Assembly (NCBI RefSeq): GCF_006345805.1
Contig: NC_043004.1
Location: forward strand, 38,688,001-38,752,000
DNA from: Octopus sinensis
Taxonomy: Eukaryota
Length of the DNA: 64,000 bases
Reading direction: 5' to 3'
The notes under the pieces are model-generated. The model made no database searches and was not told the origin of the DNA. It worked only from the letters and a program-made list of their open reading frames with translations. The translations under genes and the position numbers were made by a program. Shown here piece after piece: positions 40,114-53,399 of the stretch; positions within the stretch are counted from its first letter, which is position 1; each line of letters starts with the position of its first letter.

Positions 40114-40203
40114 ATGTGTGAGTGTCTTTGCTTATTAGAATAACTTTACGTATTTGCCGCACCTTGTTCAAATTCACTTGCCAATATGGGCGATGTTCAA
40201 CAT
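40114..40203 (-). CDS. F-type lectin-like gene exon (D)VEHRPYWQVNLNKVRQIRKVILISKDTHT(S)
   Basis: ctattttttag acceptor and T|gtaagt donor; 90 nt, phase 1 to 1; PYWQVNL corresponds to PWWxVDL. Confidence 0.85.
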
Positions 40204-40262
40204 CTAAAAAATAGAATAGAACAATATAAAAGATGTTAAATAACTTCCAATACATGCATAAC

Positions 40263-40293
<31 letters not shown>

Positions 40294-40603
40294 TAATAAT
40301 AACAAAGGGTAAAATTAATTAATTAACTAGTAATCAATAAATTCACCAAGTAGAATTCGGCATGAAAAAGGACCATTTCACGGTAACCTAAAGCAATACT
40401 TTATAATAGGGTTCAGCAAATATTTGCTTTACCACATTTCCTCTCTGCCTTCGTGGATTGTTTTCGAATAATTTGCTTTTTCCGGGAGTCTCTTTTAAAG
40501 AAGAGGAAATAGCTAAGGTTCTTTGGCTGCTATTTCTAAACTTTGGTATGTGGTATATATATATATATATAATATATATATATATATTATATATATATAT
40601 TGG

Positions 40604-40641
<38 letters not shown>

Positions 40642-40809
40642 ATATATAGATATTGATATAATATATATTAATATATATATATCTATATATATTATATATA
40701 TATATATATATAGTTAATCCAAACAAGAAAACACAAAGAAACACAACGCGAGGACGTGGAACAAATAAAGTATTACTCGACGCTCAGGAAGAAGGAAGAA
40801 GAGAGGAGG

Positions 40810-40844
40810 GTTTAACGTTTCGAGCGGAGCTCTTCGTCGGAAAC
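40810..40844 (-). ncRNA. Minimal hammerhead-like motif, variant core CCGACGA, GUU triplet
   Basis: GTTT-CCGACGA-A-GAGC tcc GCTC-GAAAC-GTT-AAAC. Confidence 0.55.
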
Positions 40845-40999
40845 ATAGGAGAAGGAAAGATCCCGAGAAGGGAAGACAGAGGAAAAAAATCATCCCCAGT
40901 GGCACTCACGAGGTCACATATTGAAAGACCGGAAGTAGAAAGGTGGAAGAATAATGTTTTTTTAAAGACAGGTGAGTTTTCAAAGACAGTAGGTAGTAT

Positions 41000-42420
41000 G
41001 TCAAAGAAAAGGAAAGTGAGAGGGGGAATGTGTGTGGATGTATGCGTGCGCGAAGGTCTGCGTGTGCGCGTGTGTGTGTATGTGTGCAATGATGACACGT
41101 GTGTGTGTGTGTGTGCATGTATGTGTGTAGAGCGAACAACTGGATAGTAGCTGGCCAGTAGTAAGAATAAGGAGTGGTGTTTTTTGTGTCCAGCCACAGG
41201 TCAAAACAAAGAGGTATGTGTGTGTGTGTGTATGTATATGTATCGTGTGTGTGTTTTGTTTGTAGTGTGTGTGTGTGTATGTGTGTGTTCGTGTGTGTAT
41301 GCGTAGAGTTTGGGTGTGTGGCGAGTAACTGTGCTTCACTTAGTGTATGTGTGCGTGTGTGCTTGTACGGGCGTGTGTGTGTATATATATATATGTATAA
41401 TGTGTGCGTGTATGTATAATTGTGTGCCGTGCGTATGTGTGGGATGTATGTGTGGGTTCATTTGTGTGTGTGTGTGTGTATGTATGTGTTTGTAGTTGTG
41501 TGTGCGTGTATGTGTGCGTTTGTATGTGTGTGTGTGTGTAAGCGTATATGGATGTATATGTGTATCCGTGGGGTTGTGAGTTTTGGGTGTGTGCATTAGT
41601 GCGCGTGTGTGCGTGCGTATGTGTGCGCATGTTTTTGTGTGTGTCTGTGCTTATATGTGTGTACGTATGTGTATGTGTGCGTGCGCGTGTAGTTATATAT
41701 TGTGTGTATGCATATGTGTCGGTGTGTATGTGAATTTGTGTGTGTTTGTACGTGTGTATGTGTGTGTGCGTGTATTGTATATATATGTAAATGCGTGTGT
41801 AAATGTGTGTGTGTGCGTGTGTGTGTGTACGTGCGTGCGAGTGAATGTATGTATATATGTGCATGTGTGTACAAATGTAGAGGTTTATACGTGTGTTTAT
41901 ATGTTTATATGTGTGTATATATATGTATGCAAGCACACACTTTATAATTGAAAGATTGATGGAAAAAAAATTGCTGTGTGTGTATGTGAATCCACAGACA
42001 CACACACACATACACTGACGCACGCCTGCAATACAGCCAACCCCATATGCATGTATGTATGTATGTATGTATGTATGTGTGTGTGTATGTGTGTGTGTGT
42101 ATGTATGTATGTATGTATGTGTGTATGTATGTATGTATGTATGTGTGTGTATGTATGTATGTATGTATGTATGTGTGTATGTATGTGTGTATGTATGTAT
42201 GTATGTGTGTGTATGTGTGTATGTGTGTATGTGTGTATGTGTGTGTATATGTGTGTATGTATGTATGTGTGTATGTATGTGTGTATGTATGTATGTGTGT
42301 GCATGTGTGTATGTGTGTGTGTGTGTGTGTATATGTATGTATGTATGAATGTATGTATGTGTGTGTGGTGTGCTGGAAGTAGGTGTGTTCGTGGATACGT
42401 GAGTATGTGTGTGTGTGTGT
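41000..42420. repeat. Long degenerate (TG)/(TATG) microsatellite tract
   Basis: Directly visible. Confidence 0.9.
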
Positions 42421-45385
42421 GTTTCTGTAGAAGGACAAAATATAAAAAAAAGTTGCTGGTGGGGAGAGGCGGAGCGCAGTCACTAAGAGGAGGGGACTGT
42501 GTTGAGTCCGTGTGGGGTATTGGTCTGTAGAGTGAAAATGAATCGTTACTCCAAGTGGAGCCTGGATTGTGGAGGACCGTTGTGTGGGGCGAGACCAAAC
42601 ACAGAGATGTCATCGGGGGAATGGCTGGCCGAGCGGAAGTGACGTGCGACGGGAGAATTGGACCGTAGACGAATATCCCTTAGATGTTCAGCGAATCGGT
42701 CTGACAACTGTCCTATATACAGCATTCCGCAGAGGTTGCTTTTAATACAGTATATGAGACCCGACGAAGTGCGCGTAAAAGAATATCTGATACGTACAGT
42801 TCGCTGGTTGGAACCGGTGACAGCAGTGGTGTTGGTGATGAAGGGGCAGGTGTTGCAGCGGGATCTGAAGCACGGGAAGGATCCGTGTGGGGCTGAGGGG
42901 GAAGAAGAGAGGGTGCTACGGACCAGGAGGTCGCGGAGATTCCGGGCTCGTTTGAAGGAGGACAGGGGTGAGTTGGAGAAAATGGAGCGGGTCGTGGGAT
43001 TGAGCTGGAGACGACGGAAGGCACGTAGTATCTTCCGACGAAGGGGTAGAGTAGAGGGGTGGGAAAGGAGGGGAAAGGGGGTGTGGTTGGGGGTGGGTGA
43101 GAGGAAGGAGAAAGGGCGGTGGTGCGGTCGACGCAACGAGTGCGGTCGAGGGCGTTCAAGAACAGGGTAGGTGGGTATCCTCGATGCCTGAACAGGCGGG
43201 CCAGGTATTGAGACTGGGTCTCGAAATCCTGGTCGCGGCTGTACAAGCGTCGGAGGCGGAGGAACTGGGAGTAGGGGATGGCCCGTTTGGTGTGGAAGGC
43301 ATGGGAGGAGGAGGAGTTGAGATAGAGGTGGGAATCCGTGGGTTTGAAGAAGGCGGAGGTGGTGAGAGAGTGGGAGGGGTGGTCGATGCTGAGAGAGATA
43401 TCAAGGAAGTTAACAGATGTATTGGAGATGGTGGAAGTGAATTGTAGAGAGGGGTGGAAGTTAGAGAGGAAAGAGATGAAGTGGCAGAGTTGTTCGCGGG
43501 AAAGGGAGGTGGCACCTATGCAGTCGTCTATGCAGCGACCGTATTGTTCTGGGGTCGGCCCGGAGAATTGGGAGAATACTTGGGCCTCAATGTAGCCAAC
43601 AAAGAGATTGGCGAAATTGGGGCCCATTCTCGTTCCCATCGCGACCCCAGACACACCTGTTGGTACGTTTCCCCGACGAACGTGAAACAGTTGAGGGTGA
43701 GGAAAGCTCTGCCAGGCGGAGTAGGGTGGGGGTGCCGGGCGGCCAGGGTTATTGGGTTTATGAATTTTGGGAAGGAAATAGATGGTGGAGGTGCGGGGTG
43801 TGCGGACGATGAGGTTGGTGGCGGTGGGGGGAGAGCAGAAGAGGAGATGAGGTCGTGGATGGTGGAGAACACTCGCTGTTGGTAGGAAGAGGTGGGATCG
43901 GAGGGGAGGAGGCGTTAGAAGAGGGGATTTTGCAGCTGGCTGAGCGCTTCCTTTCTGTATAGATCTGCGCGCCACACCACCACTGCTCCGCCTTTGTCCG
44001 CCGGTTTGATGACAATGTCATTGCGGTGATGGAGGTGGCGAAGGGCAATCAATTCAGCCCGAGTGAGGTTGTCTCGGAGAGGTCTGTTTTTAAAGTTAAA
44101 CTGGTTGACCAACGCGTTGCAGTCGTTCACGAACAAATCTAGGCTACTTAATTGGCCTGGGGGCGGCGTCCAATTGGATGGGCGGCGCCCCAGCTCCAAG
44201 AAGCAGTCCTGATTGTCGTGACGCTGCAGGGACGCGTGGAAGAATGCGCAAAGTTTGAGGCGGCGCAGGAACTGATTGACGTCGGTCCGAGTCTCGAATT
44301 CGTCACAGTGACGCGTGAGGGGCGTGAAGCGGAGTCCCTTACTGAGGAGAGAGCGCTCGGCAGCGGAGAGGGGGAGATTGGGGGGTATAGTGACAACAGT
44401 GCGAGGAAGCGGGGTGGTGGGATGAGTGGTGTCAGGAAGAGGGGGTGTAGAGGTGTGGGGAGGAGAGTTGGGCTGGTGGGTGCGGAATAGAAGAGAGTCG
44501 GGGGAGCTGGAGGGGAGGATGTAGGGGATGGGGGAGGGGAAGGAGGTGAAGGGTTGAGGAGGTGGTGGAGTTTTTTTTTTTTGTGTGTGAGGAAATTGTT
44601 AAGTTGGTGGTTGAGATTAAGTATGAAGCGGAGAATAGGTTGGGTGAAGAGTGGAGGGCAGAGGGAGGAGAGGAGATAAGCCTGGGGAAGTTGGTAGTCA
44701 AGGGAGTGAAGGAGAGAGCGGGTGGAACGGGTGGTTGCACGGATGAGGAGGCGGGAAGTGCGGGCGAGGGTGGGTTCGATGAGGGAAGAGGAATAGGGGG
44801 TGGCGTGGAACTTCAAGAGGAAGCCACGGGTGTGATGTGATGGCGGAGGCAACGGCTGAGGAAGGAGAGATGGTTAGAGTGGCGAGTTTTTTAAAAATTA
44901 AGTGAGAAAGTGTTTTGTGGGTTGTAAGCATTGGGCGGGGAAAAAGCGAGAAAGCGACTAAGAAGGGATTGAAGGTGTTGGACGAACGAGTGCAAGTCAG
45001 GCATGTTGAGAAGTGGTGAATGTTTGTGTAGGTTTAAGTGGTAACGACGCAAGTGGAAAAAAAGAGGTAGAAGAAGAAAGGTAAAAAGGAAAAAGTATGA
45101 GAAAAAAAGTTCAAGGAAAAAATGTTCGAGGAAAAAAAGTTGGAGGAAAAAAGTTATTGTAGAGTCACGGACAGATTCTTTGATTTCCAATCACGATTTC
45201 AGTGGCGTTCTCCGGAAGAATGGTAACAGTAATCCGTAGGTGTAAAAATCCAGGAATTGGTATCCAGGGCACATATATATATATTATAATTATTAGGGAA
45301 TATTACTTCCGAGTACACAGGAAAAAGACATTCAAATTGGATGTACTAAAATGAACAGATCTCAATGTTTTATTCGCATATATAA

Positions 45386-45642
45386 AAGTAGTTTTAGAGA
45401 CAACCACCTTCAACTCAATCAACACTAAAACATTTTATACCCTACCACACTATAAAATGTTAAATATTAAATATTATAATAACTATATATATTCTGAATA
45501 TTATAATAACTACATCTATTCTGAACACGGGATTCAGAAAAAGATATAGTTATAATATTTAATATTTAAAATTTTATGGTGTGGTCGGGTATAAAATGTT
45601 TCAGTGTTGATTGAGTTGAAGTTGGTTCTGTCTGTAAAATTA

Positions 45643-45645
<3 letters not shown>
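45386..45645. repeat. ~260-bp fold-back element adjacent to (TA)n
   Basis: 45386-45499 is the reverse complement of 45532-45645 (roughly 85-90% by eye). Confidence 0.8.
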
Positions 45646-45703
<58 letters not shown>

Positions 45704-45724
45704 TATATATATACGCACTTTGTG

Positions 45725-46000
45725 TATTGGAGGTCATCTTGACCTTGTGATCTCCCCTACTTCCCCTCTCCCGTCTGACCATTCTGTCCGAAGTCAGACG
45801 CCATGATAGATCGTTAGCTACTACCTACATTTTTTTCTCCCCCTGTTTCTTTCCTTGTTTTTTCTGTGTATCTTTCTGTAGAAGAGTGTAGGCTCGAAAC
45901 GTAAAGGACTTAATCTATTCCTGAGCGATATACTAATACATCTGTTTGTTTGTACACCACCTGCCTTCGTCTTTTGTTTATTTTCGTAAACTTTCCCTTT
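45725..46000 (+). mobile_element. Solo PLE pseudo-LTR with CUGUAGA hammerhead variant (45871-45908)
   Basis: Homologous to 34340-34540; flanked by (TA)n. Confidence 0.75.
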
Positions 46001-47099
46001 ATTTATATATATACATACAAGTATTCGTACATTCGTAGACACATACATAAAAATATAAACATTGAAATGTAGAGTCACATATAATTGTACAAATATAGAA
46101 AATATTCATTAAACACGTGTTTTAGATATGAATATCTTTTAAAATTGAATGCTGTGTTTGTAAATAGGTACTCTTTCTCCACAAGGAAATTAAAAAAAAT
46201 TTTACTTGATATTTTGGCAATCACTTACTAAGAAATTGCTATTGACTAACACCATCTGTACGGAATTCTTAGATATGAAGGAGGAAGTAGTGAAGCAGGG
46301 CATCTTTTTTCACTCAGATTCTGCATCTCCATGAAGATTATAATGCTGCGCAATAACCATCCTGCTCAAAAACTTTGGAAAGACGTTGTCTCTCAGAGGC
46401 TATGAAACCCGTTTTATAAAAATTTATGCGCATTACGCAGGGAAGATTATTGCACGGACAGTCCTACACTGGCACCTGGCCAGCCGGATAGAGGCGGTGT
46501 TAGCAGTAGCGTAAAAGCGGAAAGCAAAAAGAAAATTCAGAATAAGTGTAAAAATGAAAGGGGGAAAAATAAAAGATATAAACAAAAAAATTATAACAAG
46601 TTTATATCAACCTGTTACATTTGACTAAATCGATTAACATCTGTAAATATTTTTGTTCTGCTCCTAACAAATATAAAGCAACCTTATGCAAATATTTGTC
46701 TAACAGAAAGTACAATAGCAACTCAGCAAAATATACCGTTTTAGAAACAGTTGTATTGAATCCGAAAAAAATTAACCAGACAACCTCTAACCCCTAGGAG
46801 CCGAAAACCTACTTTGTTAGCTTGCCTGTGTGGAGACATGTACATCAACTCCATTGAAGAGCAGACTTTAACCATAATATCGGTTTCAAATTTTGGCACA
46901 AAGTTAGCAATATCGAGAGAGTGAGGCGGGGGGTAGTCGATTACATCGATCCTAGTGGTCAACTGGTACTTATTTTATCGACACTGAAAGGATGAAAGAC
47001 AAAATCTATCTCGGCGGAATGTGAGCTCAGAACGTAAAATCGGAAGGAATGCCGCTTAGAAATATATATTATATATATATATATATATATACACACAAC

Positions 47100-47130
<31 letters not shown>

Positions 47131-47138
47131 ATATAATA

Positions 47139-47173
<35 letters not shown>

Positions 47174-47296
47174 ATTTATATACATATATATATATTTATT
47201 TATATATATATGTATGTATAACATATTAGATATATTGTATGTATATATATTATGTATATATATATGTATGTATGTATGTATGTATATATACATACA

Positions 47297-47361
<65 letters not shown>

Positions 47362-47364
<3 letters not shown>

Positions 47365-47651
47365 AATAAAGGTTTTCAATGGTAAAACAATCCACTTTAA
47401 TGCAGACAATGGGCTTGTTGTAATTTAGTCATCCATAGTCTGATATGATATTTCGGTATAATATTCCACGACTCCATCTAAGAATAGCTGAAGAAGGAAT
47501 ATTATTCCGAAATATTATATCAGACTATGGATGACTAAATTACCAAAAGGTATATAGCCCATTGTCTGTATTATAGTGCTTTGTTGTACCATTCAAATCT
47601 TTTTTATTTTTACAAACAATACACAATACTTGAAGCGTACTACAATACTCT

Positions 47652-47653
<2 letters not shown>
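47362..47653. mobile_element. Fold-back mini-element of inverted pLTR-like arms with a degenerate hammerhead motif
   Basis: 47362-47467 is the reverse complement of ~47496-47610; CTGAAGA-A-GGAAT att ATTCC-GAAATAT at 47488-47516; (TA)n on both sides. Confidence 0.6.
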
Positions 47654-47746
<93 letters not shown>

Positions 47747-47862
47747 ATATACATATAAATTATACATATATATATATATCAATATATATATATATTATAT
47801 ATATATGTATATATATATATATATATATATACAATAACCATACATATATATATATATAAATA

Positions 47863-47920
<58 letters not shown>

Positions 47921-47973
47921 CATATATATATTATATATATTATACATATATATTATATATATATATATATTAT

Positions 47974-48026
<53 letters not shown>

Positions 48027-48030
<4 letters not shown>

Positions 48031-48345
48031 CCGTCACCGTGATCACCGTGACCGACCAGGCTATCAGAAGTTGCTACACATCGCTGGTCACAATGCGCTT
48101 CGCATTGATTTAGCTTTCAAATGACGCCATCCCACTGGCTAGGCGAGCAGGCCAACAGAAGAAAGAGTGAGAGAAAACTGTAGCGTAAGAGTACAGCAGG
48201 GCCCGCCACCAGCCCCTGCCGGAGCCTCGTGGAGCTTTAGATGTTTTCGCTCAATAAACACTCACAACACCCGGTCTGGGAAACGAAACCGCTATCCTAC
48301 GACCCCGAGTTTGCTGCCCTAAAAACTGGGCCATTGCGCCTCCAC
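48027..48345 (-). mobile_element. SINE family C
   Basis: Homologous to 5815-6027. Confidence 0.75.
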
Positions 48346-48368
48346 ACACTCTCTCTCTCTCTCACACA

Positions 48369-48423
<55 letters not shown>

Positions 48424-49149
48424 CATATATATAATCAATTAAAGACATAGAAGATGGATTGGGCATTAGTCTTCCATACGACGATCGTCTAGACCCATTC
48501 TGCGACTGTCATTTATGGGTACGATGTTATGCATTCTGTTGTGCATTCTGCATCAATTTTTCAGTCTGGGTTACGTCAGGTACATTCATTCATAAAGTGA
48601 TGTCTCGCTAAAAAGTATATTGAGTTGAAGCAGTCATCTTGGTGTTTGTCCGATTCCTTAGAGAATGGGTTCTTTGCTACAGTTGTCCTTATGTAAAATA
48701 TTCATAAAATAATTGTAAATATAAACGTATAAACTATAGAAAATAAATTATACAAGAGAAAGTATATGGGGAAAGAAATATAGATAGGTTGAGACCTGTT
48801 AAAGAAGGATTAGATTGCATTGAGTTTAAAAAGGGGGATGAATACTACACTTGCATGCATAGGGTATTGTGTATAGACGAATACCAAATCAATCTTTTGT
48901 CTCCTTATTCGATTATCTCAACCACAGAATTCCTGAAGGAGATCCAACGGAAATATACTCCCACTTCGAATGACACCAGGTGGCTAAAACCGTGCTAATG
49001 CTTTACTCAACATATCAACACACTAATTAACATATAGCCATTAGCCCAAAAGTTACGCACACACACACACATACATATATATATAAATGTATATGTTTAT
49101 GTATATGTATAATTATAAACACACACACACACACATATATATATATTGT

Positions 49150-49400
49150 TGAAATGTACAGAAAAATAAAAAACGAAAACAGGTATATAAACAATAAGCA
49201 GGGGTATTAGTTTGACGTTCGGTAAGGTGAGAAAGTCTTTTACGTTTCGAGCCTACGCTCTTCAACAGAAAGGAACACGAGGAGATATACAGAGAGAAGG
49301 AGAAAAAAAGAAACTTGTTGAGTTAGCGGTCAAACATGGCAACTGGCTGGACAAAGGTAGTTAGACAGCAAAAGCTAGGAAGAAGTGCTGGTGATCCCAA
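49150..49400 (-). mobile_element. Solo PLE pseudo-LTR with CUGUUGA hammerhead variant (49236-49272)
   Basis: Minus: CCTTT-CTGTTGA-A-GAGC gtag GCTC-GAAAC-GTA-AAAGA; the 3' end is at a (TA)/(CA) repeat. Confidence 0.7.
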
Positions 49401-51589
49401 AACGAAAGTTCGCGTGCGTGTGTGTATGTGGGAGAGTGTAAGTGTGTGCGTGTGGATAGGGGCTAGTGATTTTGACTTGTGGATGTGAAACCTTTTGCTT
49501 CTTAAGCAATATTTTAAGTGCTCTGTCATTAAATTACAACAACCATCGTTGATATAAATTTCCTTAATTCACATTATTTTGACTTATTGCTCTGATATTG
49601 GAATATCAACATATGGTTCTGTTTGCTTATAAAATATAGTGTTAGGTTTTCAGGTCGGTTACCTCCTTCAGAATATATTTAAAAATTTGTGAAATATAAA
49701 AATATGTCAAATCCAAAATTTTAACTCAAACTCAAATAATTTACTTCTGTATGTATGAATATATGTTATATGACTCTATAGTGAATCTGCCTTAGCTGAT
49801 GGTATTGTTTTTAGATATTTTAGGCATGTTTCCTCTCATAAACTTTACCAAAACTCCTGTCATTCTGCCATATTCTGCAAAGTTTAAGCTATAAAAAAAG
49901 CATGAAAAATGGAATCCTTTTCCAGATAAATTTCTGCATAGAAAATCTGCTTAATCAGGTGATTTTTTTCAGTCTGCTAAATGTAACTTCATGAAGTGTT
50001 TGGATAATTTCTATTTATATATTTGTGTGTATATCTGTGTATGCTTAAATTTTTACGAATAATATGCTAGAGTACGTATTTTAGATATAAGAAAGAGAAG
50101 TGAGAAGTAAAGTAATTGGGCACATGATAATTTTTTGGGGAAATATCAGTTTGGTGAGAAATTATTTTTTTCAGTGCATATGCTTATAAATGAGTGAATG
50201 TACACGAAACGTGTGTATTTCTGTGGATATGTATGTGCATATGATCGAGCGTATAAGTTTGTGTGTAAATCCAGAGAAAGAGAGCTAAGTAATACACGGT
50301 GTAAATGCATTTCCAAGATAGATTGAAACTACTTGTCACAATATATGATTTATCAAAGAGGGAGTGTGAAGATTCATAGCCCAGTAATAAGAACACTGGA
50401 CTCACGATTATAATGCCGTGGGTTCGTTTATTGGTATAGGCGCCGTTTTGTGTTCTTGAGCAAGCCACTTCATTTTACGTTACTCCACTCCTCTCAACTA
50501 AAAATGAGTTAGAGCCGTGTTCTGGTGCAGCACTCAGCTCTTTCCCCCCACCAGTTGTTACATCCTTATGCTAAGTCAAAAAGTGTGAGCATCTAAAGGT
50601 TTCCTACGTCCCCTGGCGTCTATATACATAGTGTCTATATACATAGACACTTAAAACAGTTACTGAATTGATGTTAGAAAGCCATAGCTAATCACAGTTG
50701 CATGCTTGCAATAGATTTTAAATTGGAACTCTATGTATGTATAGTTGATTGTTAATGACACATCATTAATGGCTGTATATTCAAGTAAGACGCGTTTATT
50801 TACACGCTGTGTGACTGAATCTAAACACAAATTTTATTGCTTTATATATCTACATCTGTAGCACACACTAGCTGTGGGTGTTGATCATGTACGTGACGTT
50901 CATAAAATGATTGTCTGTGAGGGAAATAAAGTAACGCAATAAAACAAAGAGATAAAATAGAAAGAGTGAGTATAACTGTTGGTACAAGTGTGTCGAAGTA
51001 GATGTGTTGCACCTGTACATTAACTTATTGTTATTTATGGATATTTACGTGTGTGTGTGTGTGTGTGTGAACATCCATAAATGTATATATGTGTCTCAGC
51101 GACTCAGTGTGAGTGTGTGTGTGTGTATGAGTGACTCAGTGTGTTTGAGAGAGAGAGAGAGGGGGGGGAAGAGAGAGGGAGAGAAGGAACTGGAGAGAGA
51201 GAAAAAGAGAGAGTGTGTGAAAGAGAGAGGGAGTGAAGGAAAGGGAAACAGAGAAGGAGAGAGGGAGAGAGAGTGAATGCGTATGTATACGATCACGTAT
51301 GTTGAAAATATATGTTGTGTCATAAGCTCTCCTCTCGAGAAGCGTCTTTTCATGTTATTTTAATAATGATTTCAAATTCTGGCAATAATGATTTCAAAGA
51401 TGGAGCAAGTCGATTACATCATCCCCAGCTTTCATCTGCTACTTATTTTATCGACTCCAAAAAGATGAAAGGTAATGTCGACTTCGAAAGAATTTGAACC
51501 CAGAGAGTATTGACGGAAAAAACGTTGCTAAGTATTTTGCCAGGTAGCCACCGATTCTGATAGGTAACCACCTTATTATGTCAATTTGA

Positions 51590-51932
51590 CTGTGGCCATG
51601 CTCGAGCATCACTTTTCAGTCAGAGAAATCTAACCTTAGACTTTGTAAGCTTCGACTTTGTAAGCTTCGACTTTGTAAGCCTGGTACTCATTCTATCGGT
51701 CGCTTATGCCGAAGCGCTAGATTACGGGGACAAACACATTATGCAACCACAGAAATGTATGTATATGTATACGACCGGCTTCCTTCAGTTTCCCTTTACC
51801 AAATACACTCACAAGGCGTTGGTCGGCCCGATGCTATAGTAGAAGACACTTGCCCAAGGAGCCACTCAGTGGGACTGAACACCGAACCATGTGTTTAGGA
51901 AGCAAGCCTCTTACCACACAGGCACGCCTGCG

Positions 51933-51975
<43 letters not shown>

Positions 51976-52358
51976 TTTACTCTTTTACTTGTTTCAGTCA
52001 TTTGACTGCGGTCATGCTGGAGCACCGCATTTAGTCGAGCAAATCGACCCCGGGACTTATTCTTTGTAAGCCCTGTACTTATTCAATCGGTCTCTTTTTG
52101 CCGAACCGCTAAGTTACGGGGACGTAAACACACCAGCATCGGTTGTCAAGCAATGCTAGGGGGACAAACACAGACACACAAACATATACACACACACTTA
52201 TATATATATACATATATACGACAGGCTTCTTTCAGTTTCCGTCTACCAAATCCACTCACAAGGCATTGGTCGGCCCGGGGCTATAGCAGAAGACACTTGC
52301 CCAAGATGCCACGCAGTGGGACTGAACCCGGAACCATGTGGTTGGTTAGCAAGCTACT
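51590..52358 (-). mobile_element. Two adjacent SINE family B copies (51590-51935 degenerate; 51973-52358)
   Basis: Match 28665-29064. Confidence 0.8.
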
Positions 52359-53354
52359 ATATATATAAGATAAAAAACAAAACAAACGGAAATCATCAAA
52401 ATATAACAAGCGGGCAAAGGACGATAGCACAACGGCACACGGGACAAAACGAGATACGCGGATCATTCGCAGCCAATTGCTTCTTCAGTCGGAGTCTGGA
52501 ATGTCCACGTAGTTTCGCCCAGGCTTCTCCGATGTGACTCGAAAACAGTTGGCCCAAGGGCTTAAGCTGAAGGCATTACGCCCGTAAGCAAGGCAAACGA
52601 ATGTACCTATAAAAACACAAGGAAATAAGAAAACAGAAAGTGTCTTTCGACTAACGGACGAAAGCAACGTAAAGGATAGATTTGTACATATACAAAGGAC
52701 AAAAGCCTTTCGGCTAAACAACCAAAGGAAAATAATTATACAATTACAACAAAAATAAAATAAACCAAACATGGTGTTTCAGCTATCAGACAGTGTAGTA
52801 AGCTAGTACAAGGAAAAAGGAAATGGAAAAATCTTAACTGACCGGCTGGCGAAACAAACCAGAACATCTGCGACTGACCCCAAAGGCGGTCAAATCGAAT
52901 AAGGACTTCAATGCATAAACTGAACAGCGATCACATAGTAAAGGAGGAGAGGAGTTGAAGAAGGTAGAGGGACCAAATAATGAGAGGGAGGGATCACAGA
53001 ATGTGAGGTAGAGAGAAAGAGAGACAGAGAGAGAGAGACAGAAGTAAGGTACAAGGGAGGTGAGGAAGGAAAGCAAAAGAGAGTGAGAGATAAGAGGGAG
53101 GGAAAAATGGGATTGAGGAATACGAGAGAGAAGAAATGAAATCAGAGGGACAGAGGAACGCTGGGGAGAGAGAGACAAAAGAGAGATAAAGAGAGAAAAG
53201 GAAGAACTAAGGGAGTAGATCGAGAGAGTGAGAGAGACGGAGAGAAAAAAGGGAGAAACAGAGAGACAGAGAGGGAAAGAGAAGGAAGGAAGAGGAAAAA
53301 TAAGGAAAAATTGGTGAGAGTCGTACATAATCTTCTAGGCGTATCTTTTGTATG

Positions 53355-53399
<45 letters not shown>

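Larger units (their letters stand above)
40712..45270 (-). mobile_element. Near full-length but defective Penelope-like element (Neptune-type), in an intron, same orientation as the host gene
   Basis: IVIKPADKGGAVVVW, YFLPKIHKPNNPGRP, GVAMGTRMGPNFANLF, YGRCIDD, FLDI, YSQFLRLRR, FPC..SRCNTC and YIGQ..RFAEHLRDI across frameshifted ORFs 42546-44199. The HHR-bearing pLTR is at ~40712-40950. Linking across the 41000-42420 microsatellite tract is inferred. Confidence 0.85.

Noticed and set aside
52440-52870. Tandem HHR-like fragments (CTGAAGAAGCA..TGCGAAT; GCCTGGGCGAAAC)
   Set aside because: Core bases and stem I/III pairing fail; possibly an ancient pLTR but not supportable.
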